From positions 3,677 through 67,676 of IMG/VR virus record IMGVR_UViG_3300025141_008753: a DNA stretch of 64,000 nucleotides. One strand, written 5' to 3'. The position numbers and the translations under genes are program-made. Numbering within the stretch: position 1 is the stretch's first letter; each line of letters begins with the position of its first letter. This stretch comes from a virus. Below are positions 50,924-58,867 of this stretch, one piece after another. The notes beneath the pieces are model-generated. The model had not been told where the DNA came from and ran no database searches. It saw only the letters and a program-made list of their open reading frames with translations.

Positions 50924-51373
50924 ATGAGTAGTAATTGTAACGAGTGTAACGAATGTTTTACAGGGTGTGTATTTTGTGATGCCACAGGTATAAAAACTGA
51001 CCATCACATTATCGTGAAAGATAAATACCCAATAACGAAAGGACATTTGCTTGTTGTTCCTAAACGCCATTTACTTCATGTTTCACAGTATGAGGTTCAA
51101 GAATGGAGTGATTTACATAATGCTATCAGCGAAGCAAAACAAATGTGTTCTTTCGCTACTGATTTTAACATTGGAGTAAACGAGGGAACATACGCAGGGC
51201 AAACAGTAAATCATTTACATTGGCATATTATTCCACGAACAGAAAATGATGGTGGGAAACCTTGTGGTGTTAGAAATGTTTTTCCTAATAAAGCAGACTA
51301 TCGCAAAGAAGCACAAACAGAAACAGATGGGGAAGAAGAAACTTTTAACCATTACTACACAGGAGATTACTAA
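50924..51373 (+). CDS. HIT-family nucleotide hydrolase
   Basis: CVFC, GHLLVVPKRH, AGQTVNHLHWHIIPR. Confidence 0.92.
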   Translation: MSSNCNECNECFTGCVFCDATGIKTDHHIIVKDKYPITKGHLLVVPKRHLLHVSQYEVQEWSDLHNAISEAKQMCSFATDFNIGVNEGTYAGQTVNHLHWHIIPRTENDGGKPCGVRNVFPNKADYRKEAQTETDGEEETFNHYYTGDY

Positions 51374-51676
51374 ATGAAACTAATAGGAATGATAATGTTG
51401 GCAACAATGATTGTGCCACTAAAAGTAGAGATTGAAGCAGTAACAGGTGGAGTATTCTATGTTGAAGCATGGGATTGCCAAGCAGGGTTACTCGTAAAAG
51501 GAACTAAGGAAAAGAAGGTTATGTTCAACATGGAACATATCCTCTACGCAGAAGAGAAAGGAAAGTATACTGTTATTACCGTTGAAGATGGTAATGATAC
51601 TAGACAGTTCTTAATCAAAATGAAGTTTGATGATGCCATGAAAGGTATTATCTCAACATATCACAAAGGAACTTAA
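51374..51676 (+). CDS. Hypothetical protein, possible signal peptide
   Basis: 100 aa, AGGAG SD. Confidence 0.65.
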   Translation: MKLIGMIMLATMIVPLKVEIEAVTGGVFYVEAWDCQAGLLVKGTKEKKVMFNMEHILYAEEKGKYTVITVEDGNDTRQFLIKMKFDDAMKGIISTYHKGT

Positions 51677-51690
51677 CAAAACAAAAACAA

Positions 51691-51870
51691 ATGAAAACAA
51701 CAAGCAAATACAGAATACGAAAGAGATTCAGCAACAGCACAAAGGCTGAGAAATACATGGAACAGTTAAGTAAAACTGTTGATAACCTATCGGTTATGAA
51801 GCGTAAGTTTATCGGTAAGGATAAAACTCGTTTCTATGTCCGAGAACTTGTAAGAAAAGGGAGTAAGTAA
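51691..51870 (+). CDS. Small basic protein (59 aa)
   Basis: Manually translated MKTTSKYRIRKRF...; TAATG coupling to the next ORF. Confidence 0.55.
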   Translation: MKTTSKYRIRKRFSNSTKAEKYMEQLSKTVDNLSVMKRKFIGKDKTRFYVRELVRKGSK

Positions 51871-52058
51871 TGGATTACAGAGATACTAAAGAGCATTACG
51901 CTAAGAAGGAAGATGATTTGACGAAACGCCAAATGTATACTGCTGACGAGTGGAACGAGATGTGCCGAGAAGCAGACTCCTCAGCACGAATGATGGCTTG
52001 CGTTATGACTTTAACTGCTGTTACTGTTTTCGGAGGTCTAGTATGGTTATGCCTGTAA
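51870..52058 (+). CDS. Small protein with a C-terminal TM segment
   Basis: 62 aa, GGGAG SD. Confidence 0.6.
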   Translation: MDYRDTKEHYAKKEDDLTKRQMYTADEWNEMCREADSSARMMACVMTLTAVTVFGGLVWLCL

Positions 52059-52354
52059 CATCTCCTCAACAAAACGGGCTTCCTCCTTTACGCAAACACA
52101 CACATGGCTATATGGTTTTCGTAACATCAAAGAATGCGTTTTGGGGAAAGAAAGAAGCGTGGACTATGCTAGGTTCTTCTTGGGGATACCCTTACGAAAT
52201 ACTAGGTTTTGCGATAAACAAAGCAAAGCACTATTCACAACATCACAATCTTAATAAGCCGTCCACTATGAACGATGGGTTTGAGTCGTGTGTTGTGAAC
52301 CTCCAAACAGGTGAAACTGAATGGACTTCTTGGGATAACAAACCCACAACTTAA
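52043..52354 (+). CDS. Hypothetical protein
   Basis: GGAGG SD before ATG 52043. Confidence 0.6.
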   Translation: MVMPVTSPQQNGLPPLRKHTHGYMVFVTSKNAFWGKKEAWTMLGSSWGYPYEILGFAINKAKHYSQHHNLNKPSTMNDGFESCVVNLQTGETEWTSWDNKPTT

Positions 52355-52364
52355 TAATAAAGAA

Positions 52365-52622
52365 ATGATTAAAACAGATACAAAAAGTGCTTTGACACTA
52401 ATTCTAATGTTCGCTTTGGGCTTTATGGCAGGAGACTTGGTAAATGACCTTACCTACGAATCCCCTACAAAGCAAATGAAGCAACGACAAAACCGTATGG
52501 AGTTTCAGCGATACGAATATGACCAAAACATGGGTCAAGATGAGTATTACCGAAATAAGCGTAAGGAGATGAAGCGAGATGGAAATCGTCCTTCTAACCT
52601 CAAACAACGCAACTCGGCATAA
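52365..52622 (+). CDS. Small membrane-anchored protein
   Basis: N-terminal hydrophobic helix; followed by a hairpin. Confidence 0.6.
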   Translation: MIKTDTKSALTLILMFALGFMAGDLVNDLTYESPTKQMKQRQNRMEFQRYEYDQNMGQDEYYRNKRKEMKRDGNRPSNLKQRNSA

Positions 52623-52631
52623 AAGTAATAA

Positions 52632-52672
52632 AAGGGCGGTATCTCCAGAATCAAAAGTGAGATACTGCCCTT
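52632..52672 (+). terminator. Hairpin, probable terminator of the early operon
   Basis: AAGGGCGGTATCTC...GAGATACTGCCCTT; the U-tract is weak. Confidence 0.55.
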
Positions 52673-52684
52673 AACCTTGTATAG

Positions 52685-53038
52685 ATGATAACTGAACACA
52701 CAGTAGATAATCACATGAAACTAAACATAGACATAAGCACAGAAGAACTATATTCCATACAACAACTACTTAGGATAACTAACAAACATATAGAAGCAGA
52801 AAAGGATGATATAGACCATGAAACAGCAGAGTTCCTAGACCATATTACCAAGCAATGCGAGTCCGTATTAGAGAAAGGACATAGTGCCTTTGGTAGTGTT
52901 GCTAAAAGTCAAAGCCCTCTAGTAGGAACACACATTGCTAGTGAGATATACCCCCTCCCCCATTGGGAAGAAGTAGAGGGTAATGTTGCTATAAGTCAAA
53001 GCACCTCCCCTGAGAAGAAGAACCCCTTTTGGGAATAA
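52685..53038 (+). CDS. Hypothetical protein
   Basis: 117 aa; contains two copies of the GCTAWAAGTCAA motif. Confidence 0.5.
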   Translation: MITEHTVDNHMKLNIDISTEELYSIQQLLRITNKHIEAEKDDIDHETAEFLDHITKQCESVLEKGHSAFGSVAKSQSPLVGTHIASEIYPLPHWEEVEGNVAISQSTSPEKKNPFWE

Positions 53039-53630
53039 CATATTACCCATAGTAGGGGTAAGATAGGGGTAAAACATATATGTATAATATAGACTCTGCT
53101 ATAAGTCAAGGCTTGTCTGTCTAACGCTTCTTACCATATTCTCCTATAAATACCTGTATCTTCTTGTAAGATATGGGTGTTTTTTTATTTTATTTCATAT
53201 TTTTTTATATCTGTTACACGCCTTGTTATAACAACAAAAAATAAAAATAAACTCACACACCCGTATTATGCTATAAGTCAAGATGGCATTTACACAACAT
53301 TAAATGTATTTTTTTTGATTTTCGCTATGATTTATTATCAAAAAATACACCATATATGGCATTTATGATAACATTACATAATGCTGGCAATCCGTTAAAC
53401 GACAATGTAAAAGAGCAAAGAAAAAAGAAAAAAACATAATCCTATGGGGAGAGAAACAACAAACCCCACAGGACTATGCCTATATGAATACTACTTGTAT
53501 ACACTATATGTCATTGAATAACCTATTCTATTTTTTTTCATAAGATGTTGTTGTGATTTTTTATGAAAACAAAAGAGCCGCTCCGTCTGGTTTTCCTGAG
53601 CAGAGGGGTTCTCGCGCAAATCACGGATTT

Positions 53631-53659
53631 ATTATACCATATCGGCGTAACTTTGTCAA
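53631..53659 (-). promoter_or_regulatory. Consensus sigma70 promoter with no downstream ORF
   Basis: TTGACA-17-TATAAT on the minus strand, overlapping a 27-bp dyad site. Confidence 0.8.
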
Positions 53660-53857
53660 TAGTAAAGACTTACAACCGCACAAATAATAATTTTATTTTC
53701 TTTGATTTTTTTTGATTTTGTGCTACTATAACTGTCTTTCGTTCGTAAGTGCTGTGCTCGCCTATACTTAGGCGCGCCCGGGACCGCTAGGCCATTTTGT
53801 CAAGTAAAAAAGGGGGAAAATCCGAAGATAATCCCCCTAGTATGAAACACTCTACAC

Positions 53858-54202
53858 CTAGTCAGCGTTAGCGATTTCTTGAGCAATGTTCTCACTCAAG
53901 GTTTGACGCTCATCTTTCAGATTTCGGAGTTGCTTATTTGCTTCCGAGATTTTAGATTTAGCGATTTCTCCACGCTCAATCCAAGTAGCAACACGATTCT
54001 CAAAATCTTCTACTTTCTGCTCCCATTCCGTATTCCAACGGTTGAACTTGAGCATTGAGTTATTGATTTCACGAATACGCTTGCCGATAGCAAGGATACG
54101 AGGGTCAGCATTAACCGCATCGGCGTTTGCCTTTGCTTGAAGCATTGAAAGTTGCTTCATGGTTTCTGCGATTCTTTGTTCTACGGGACGATGTTTTGCC
54201 AT
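53858..54202 (-). CDS. Coiled-coil hypothetical protein
   Basis: 114 aa, AAGGAG SD, promoter TTGACT-17-TATACT at 54253-54281. Confidence 0.8.
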   Translation of the reverse strand: MAKHRPVEQRIAETMKQLSMLQAKANADAVNADPRILAIGKRIREINNSMLKFNRWNTEWEQKVEDFENRVATWIERGEIAKSKISEANKQLRNLKDERQTLSENIAQEIANAD

Positions 54203-54470
54203 TTTAGTTTCTCCTTTGGGTTATGGGTAATGGTCTTGATTATTGAATACATAGTATACCATAGTTGTTGCTAAAAGTCAAGGATAAAATGGACAAAATG
54301 TTGGAATATTTCAAAAAAAAACTTTACCGGGCTGGCAGCCTGGTGCCTGGGCTGGGACATATAGTATAACATATCCGGTGCTAAAAGTCAAGAACAACCT
54401 TAACCCCTTACCCAGCCTATACTTACACTCGCGTGGGACCGCCCCTCAAGGGCTGCTATAAGTCAAAGGG

Positions 54471-54548
54471 TGGTGGAGGTGGTGGGAATCGAACCCACGT
54501 CCTGACAAGAGCCATGATAGGTTTACCAGTCGAACACCAATCACCCCC
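54471..54548 (-). ncRNA. Mini-tmRNA: tRNA-like domain only, no tag reading frame
   Basis: GGGGGTGATTGGTGTTCGAC 5' end, GGACGTGGGTTCGATTCCCACCACCTCCACCA 3' end, G3-U70 pair, P2 stem CTGGTAA/TTGTCAG closed by a 14-nt loop. Confidence 0.8.
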
Positions 54549-54554
54549 AAAAAT

Positions 54555-54703
54555 GAGCCAAAGAGGATTTCTTTCCATGCTCGCTCGCACCACCCTTCCT
54601 TTTCAAGGCGTGGATGGGCGCTCTGGCATTCCAACCTTCATGGAACTTGCTCTGGAATTCTCCAACCTAGGATGTCCAATGGGTGAGGTTGCCTCTTTGA
54701 CTC
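54555..54703 (-). ncRNA. Unidentified ~150-nt structured RNA upstream of the mini-tmRNA
   Basis: 12-bp terminal stem GAGTCAAAGAGG/CCTCTTTGGCTC, internal stems, begins 7 nt after a consensus -10. Confidence 0.65.
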
Positions 54704-54710
54704 GTTTACC

Positions 54711-54739
54711 ATTATACACGAGCGCACCCGTATTGTCAA
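54711..54739 (-). promoter_or_regulatory. Consensus sigma70 promoter for the ncRNA unit
   Basis: TTGACA-17-TATAAT; further consensus copies at 54819-54847 and 54937-54965. Confidence 0.88.
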
Positions 54740-54972
54740 GTAAAAAATGGGGTTTTTTCATGAAATCTCAACAAATTATGCGAGAACCCCAAAACTCGAA
54801 TTTTAACTCATGCAATATATTATACTACATTTTACCTCCGTTGTCAAGAGAAAAATAGTCTTTCTTTTTTTCAGAGTGTCATTATCGACTCTCAGAGGTG
54901 AAAAACTGCCGGAAAAATCTCCCCTGTTGTGCGTATATTATACCATTTTCCTAGCATATTGTCAAGGGGAAA

Positions 54973-55475
54973 ACGTGTAAAATTCTCCGCTTTTTTACTT
55001 GACAAAATGAGCCTAAACGTGTAAAATTCTCCGCTCAATCATGTAAAACTTTCCGCTCAATCATGTAAAATTCTCCGCTCCCAATCATGTAAAACTTTCC
55101 GCTCAATCATGTAAAATTCTCCGCTCAATCATGTAAAACTTTCCGCTCAATCATGTAAAATTCTCCGCTCCCAATCATGTAAAACTTTCCGCTCGAACGT
55201 GTAAAATTCTCCGCTCGAACGTGTAAAATTCTCCGCTCTAAGTCCTTATTATACCATTTTCCTAGCATATTGTCAAGGGGAAAACGTGTAAAACTTTCCG
55301 CTCTAAGTCCTTATTATATCATTTTCCTAGCATATTGTCAAGGGGAAAACGTGTAAAACTTTCCGCTCGAACGTGTAAAATTCTCCGCTCGAACGTGTAA
55401 AATTTTCCGCTTTTTTTACTTGACAAAATGAGCCTAAACGTGTAAAATTCTCCGCTCGAACGTGTAAAATTCTCC
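54973..55475. repeat. Tandem array, ~17 copies of TGTAAAA(TTCT/CTTT)CCGCT, mostly 22-bp period
   Basis: Direct reading; interrupted by duplicated promoter modules at 55248-55276 and 55313-55341. Confidence 0.93.
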
Positions 55476-55602
55476 AAGTCCTTACTACACCTATACTTAG
55501 GACCGCCCGGGACCGCGCGGCTCGATTTTGTCAAGTAAAAAAGGGGGATTTTAGAAAAAGCGGCGTGGCAGTAGTTCAAGGCTCCCCCAAACCTTTTTAG
55601 AC

Positions 55603-55809
55603 TTAGAAACCTTGAGTGGCTTTCCAAGGACGGGCATTTGACCATCTATGGTTACCCCAATGGTTACCGTCTACCATTTTAGGTAGCATACGGCGAATGT
55701 TAATGTAGCGATTAAGCCAAAAATCAGCGGACTTGCCAGAGCCTTTAGTATAAGCGGACTCAAAGCGACGAGCGCAGAAGAGAGAAAGTTGATTGAGAAA
55801 GTATTTCAT
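55603..55809 (-). CDS. Small hypothetical cassette protein
   Basis: 68 aa; promoter TTGACA-17-TATACT at 55856-55884. Confidence 0.55.
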   Translation of the reverse strand: MKYFLNQLSLFCARRFESAYTKGSGKSADFWLNRYINIRRMLPKMVDGNHWGNHRWSNARPWKATQGF

Positions 55810-55885
55810 TTTATTGAATGCCTAGAGGTAGGACTTTGTTATTTGGTATACGTATAGTATACCACAGCGAGGGCGCTTTGTCAAG

Positions 55886-56122
55886 TTAAAAACCACAAAA
55901 ATTGTAGGCTTTTTCCATAACGATTTGCTGAACATCTGAGTTATCCATGATGATTTCTAACTCATCATTTCCTAGACGAAAGCCGTCAGTCCAAAGTGCT
56001 TCGGATACGAAAGCGTCGCAAAAATCGAAAGCGTCGGTGATATCGACTCCGTCGATGACGATGGAACGGAGGTCTAGGCTTCTGCCTAGAGTGGGAATGT
56101 AGAGGGTATTATTGTTTTTCAT
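55886..56122 (-). CDS. Small acidic hypothetical protein
   Basis: IVIDGVDITDAFDFCDAFVSEA; ATG 9 nt after the -10. Confidence 0.7.
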   Translation of the reverse strand: MKNNNTLYIPTLGRSLDLRSIVIDGVDITDAFDFCDAFVSEALWTDGFRLGNDELEIIMDNSDVQQIVMEKAYNFCGF

Positions 56123-56286
56123 TATGCTAATAGTATAACACAGCGCACCCAATCCGTCAAGTATAAAACAGGAAAAATCTTTAAATATTTGAAGTTTTTG
56201 TAAGTCCTTTGTGCGCCTATACTTAGGACTGTCTCGGACCGCCCAAAATGTGGGTTTAGAGCCCTCCGGCGTGGTCTAATAGGCGA

Positions 56287-56940
56287 TTAGACGGTAAACC
56301 ATTTATCCTTAACTTTATTTCCATGCAGGGCGTATTTTATAACCTTAACCGATTTTGACCAACACGCTCGGCACGATTTGCATTTTCCATCACGCTCAAA
56401 CGCTCGGCATAAACTTTCGCCCTTGCTCGGCTTAAACTCATCGGCGGTTTGTATAATGGTGGAAGATAATCCCTCAACCGTTACGCCATTAATAGAATCG
56501 CTAGAATAACGCACTACTACATTTTCTAATTCGTTCATGCGCTCGAATATAGAAACAAAATTAGAATCCTTATACATTCTAGTTGGCAACCAATGCTGGC
56601 AGTTAGGCGTTAAGCCCATAACGGTATAGATTTTGTGGGCGAGTTTAATATCGTAAACATCGCCACTATCAAACCACCGAAAATATTTTGCCTTGCCGAT
56701 TTTCTTAACCATAACGGAAACCCAATCATCGCACTTCCAATCTTCCATATTATGCTTGCGACTTGCTACCGTAGCAGGAAAGCGATATGCGCCCGTCAAG
56801 GCATAGCAATAATTGCAAGCATCGACAGGCGAACCGTCAGACTTTCTCGCACTTGGGCAAGAATCCCATGCAGGAAGCGACCAAGATTTGCAAGGCATTT
56901 TGGAAGCGTTAGATATTTTAGGGGTAGCGAGTGTTTTCAT
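56287..56940 (-). CDS. GP88-like Cys-rich phage protein
   Basis: SKMPCKSWSLPA, C..CYA, FRWFDSGD, HWLPTR, C..CRACW; ATG 7 nt after the -10. Confidence 0.8.
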   Translation of the reverse strand: MKTLATPKISNASKMPCKSWSLPAWDSCPSARKSDGSPVDACNYCYALTGAYRFPATVASRKHNMEDWKCDDWVSVMVKKIGKAKYFRWFDSGDVYDIKLAHKIYTVMGLTPNCQHWLPTRMYKDSNFVSIFERMNELENVVVRYSSDSINGVTVEGLSSTIIQTADEFKPSKGESLCRAFERDGKCKSCRACWSKSVKVIKYALHGNKVKDKWFTV

Positions 56941-57078
56941 TATACCTAGTATAACACAGCGCACCCAATCCGTCAAGTATAAAACAGGAAAAATCTTTAA
57001 GTATTTTAAGTTTTTGTAAGTCCTTATGCCACCTATACTTAGGGCTGCCTCGGACCGCTCCAAATGTGGGTTTAGAGC

Positions 57079-57282
57079 CTATTCGTCGGCGTTATTCCCA
57101 AAAACAGAGTCCTGACATTCTTGGCACATTCCGCTGATACCGTATTCCTTAATGCTGATTTCATCTCTAAAATCCATGTCTAGTATATCATTAGGACAGG
57201 TTACGCATTGCTTGTTATCTATTCTCTGAACTAGGTCGGGAACGAGTTGGAATACAGGCTTGTTGAGGTCGGGTTTATTCAT
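57079..57282 (-). CDS. Small zinc-finger-like protein
   Basis: CVTC...FRDEISIKEYGISGMCQECQD; leaderless start. Confidence 0.75.
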   Translation of the reverse strand: MNKPDLNKPVFQLVPDLVQRIDNKQCVTCPNDILDMDFRDEISIKEYGISGMCQECQDSVFGNNADE

Positions 57283-57303
57283 GCGTATAGTATAACAGAG
57301 CGC

Positions 57304-57711
57304 CTACTGTTTGTCAAGCAAAATCTGGACTTTTTTCCAATATTTTAATGTTGCGGTTTTCTTATAACCTTTTGGTCCGCCGTTATGGATTCGGGCAACC
57401 TTCTCAGCATCAAACTTTAGTGGATTAGTCCATGCGGAACGGGCATACCTTCGCATATAAGCGTCAAACACCATAATAGAATAAGCCCTTTTATAACAAT
57501 CAAGATACTTCCCGCCGATATTAGAACGCTCGGTAGCATCGGTGTGATAGATTTTCCAAATTTGGAGACAGCCAATAGCATTGCCATTATCTCCGACGGC
57601 ATCATCTTTGCCGTTTGATTCGACTTGGATAAGGGCATTGACGAGTTTAGTTTGTTGAGCATTGAGTTCTACCTGTGGCAGAGCCAATAGGGTGAGTGCG
57701 AGAGTTATCAT
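57304..57711 (-). CDS. Lysozyme-like/lytic transglycosylase with a signal peptide
   Basis: LIQVESNG, GCLQI, ARIHNGGP, YWKKV; N-terminal hydrophobic segment; leaderless start. Confidence 0.8.
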   Translation of the reverse strand: MITLALTLLALPQVELNAQQTKLVNALIQVESNGKDDAVGDNGNAIGCLQIWKIYHTDATERSNIGGKYLDCYKRAYSIMVFDAYMRRYARSAWTNPLKFDAEKVARIHNGGPKGYKKTATLKYWKKVQILLDKQ

Positions 57712-57752
57712 GCGTATAGTATAACAGAGCGGAGGAGGGTTGTCAAGTAAAA

Positions 57753-57962
57753 TTAGAGAATATTTGGAGGGTTCTTTTTGCCGAAAGTGTGCCAATCTTC
57801 AAAGGTCATATATGCAACCTTGTGAGGGTTGTAATGCGCCAAAGCAGCTTTGGCTTGTAGGTAAGGTAGTGAGCCTTCACCGATAAAAACACGGTAGGGC
57901 TTCAAAACGCCTTTCTTAGCGTAGAGAACGTATTCAGGAGAAGCAGAGTTTTTCATTTTCAT
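57753..57962 (-). CDS. Small hypothetical cassette protein
   Basis: ATG directly after the promoter module. Confidence 0.6.
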   Translation of the reverse strand: MKMKNSASPEYVLYAKKGVLKPYRVFIGEGSLPYLQAKAALAHYNPHKVAYMTFEDWHTFGKKNPPNIL

Positions 57963-58139
57963 TATGCCTATAGTATACCATAGCGCAAGGGTATTGTCAA
58001 GCATAATCCCACAATTTTTAACTCCTTATGCTACCTATACTTAGGACTGTCTCGGACCGCCCAAAATGCCCCTTTTAAGCCTGTTGGCGAGGGGTAAAGT
58101 GGGGTTTTGAGCAGACCCCAAACTGCGTAATGAAAAAAC

Positions 58140-58547
58140 TCAATCCTCCATCATATCCCCAAACTCCTTCGAGGATAGATGGTCTTTAGGTTTCTCTATA
58201 ACACCCGTTGTAACTGCGTCATCGAATGATTTATTCCAACGCATATACCATTCCATAGGTATACTTATTATTTTCTCTATATCTCGCCTTCCCAATTCTT
58301 GAAGAACGGCAAGGATAGGAACTAAGGTAGCAATGTTGGCAAGGATTTGCTCCGACTTATTAAAGGCGGGCATTTCCTTATCTCCCATGACTAAGTAAAA
58401 AGCCATCGAAGTGCAATTGCGGATATCATTATCCTTGGCAATTAGATTAGCAAACTCATTGCAGACTGAATCGGGTGGGGCTTCATGCCCACCCACCATT
58501 TCTATATCGCTTTGATTATAGATTGTGTAAGTTTGAACATCAGACAT
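58140..58547 (-). CDS. Hypothetical protein
   Basis: 135 aa, coupled to the upstream ORF. Confidence 0.65.
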   Translation of the reverse strand: MSDVQTYTIYNQSDIEMVGGHEAPPDSVCNEFANLIAKDNDIRNCTSMAFYLVMGDKEMPAFNKSEQILANIATLVPILAVLQELGRRDIEKIISIPMEWYMRWNKSFDDAVTTGVIEKPKDHLSSKEFGDMMED

Positions 58548-58782
58548 TGTAAGTGCCGTAATCTTGAGTTGCTAGGTAAGCATCGTAAGCACCATAACGG
58601 CTCTCACAAAGTTTTTCGTTATCCACCATACGGCGAGCATCACGATACATTTCCAAAAGTTGCATCGTTTGTTCACAATGCGTATGGATTCTGTATGACT
58701 GAGCAAATGCCTTGCCAATGGTAAGAGAGAGATTGTGCCTATCTTCGACAGACTGAGGAACGGTAGCAGAGTTGTATGCCAT
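58540..58782 (-). CDS. Hypothetical protein
   Basis: 80 aa after the promoter at 58832-58860. Confidence 0.6.
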   Translation of the reverse strand: MAYNSATVPQSVEDRHNLSLTIGKAFAQSYRIHTHCEQTMQLLEMYRDARRMVDNEKLCESRYGAYDAYLATQDYGTYNV

Positions 58783-58867
58783 GAGTTTTTTCTATGCCCA
58801 CGATGGGGACTTGGTTATTTGTTATGCGTATAGTATACCATAGCGCAAGAGGTTTGTCAAGCAAAAT

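Noticed and set aside
54471-54548. Canonical tRNA, or full/permuted two-piece tmRNA
   Set aside because: No U8, D-stem or 7-nt anticodon loop; the ends are in unpermuted order and no tag ORF ending in Ala-Ala is found nearby
42487-54548. Integrated element between tRNA and tmRNA att sites
   Set aside because: No integrase and no direct repeat pairing the two ends; the minihelix retains its 5' strand and is only ~45 bp from the tRNA
54555-54703. RNase P RNA, 6S RNA, SRP RNA or hammerhead ribozyme
   Set aside because: Lacks the GAGGAAAGUCC/P4, SRP domain IV and CUGAUGA-GAAA signatures; branched rather than rod-like
54433-54858. ORF-track CDSs 54433..54858(+) and 54446..54634(-)
   Set aside because: They overlap the tmRNA-like and structured RNA elements and promoters, and have no SD or protein-like features
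54973-55475. CRISPR array
   Set aside because: Units abut with only 5-8 nt recurring linkers, there are no unique spacers, and no cas genes are in the window
55319-55645. 108-aa minus-strand ORF
   Set aside because: Runs through the tandem repeat and regulatory motifs; most likely spurious
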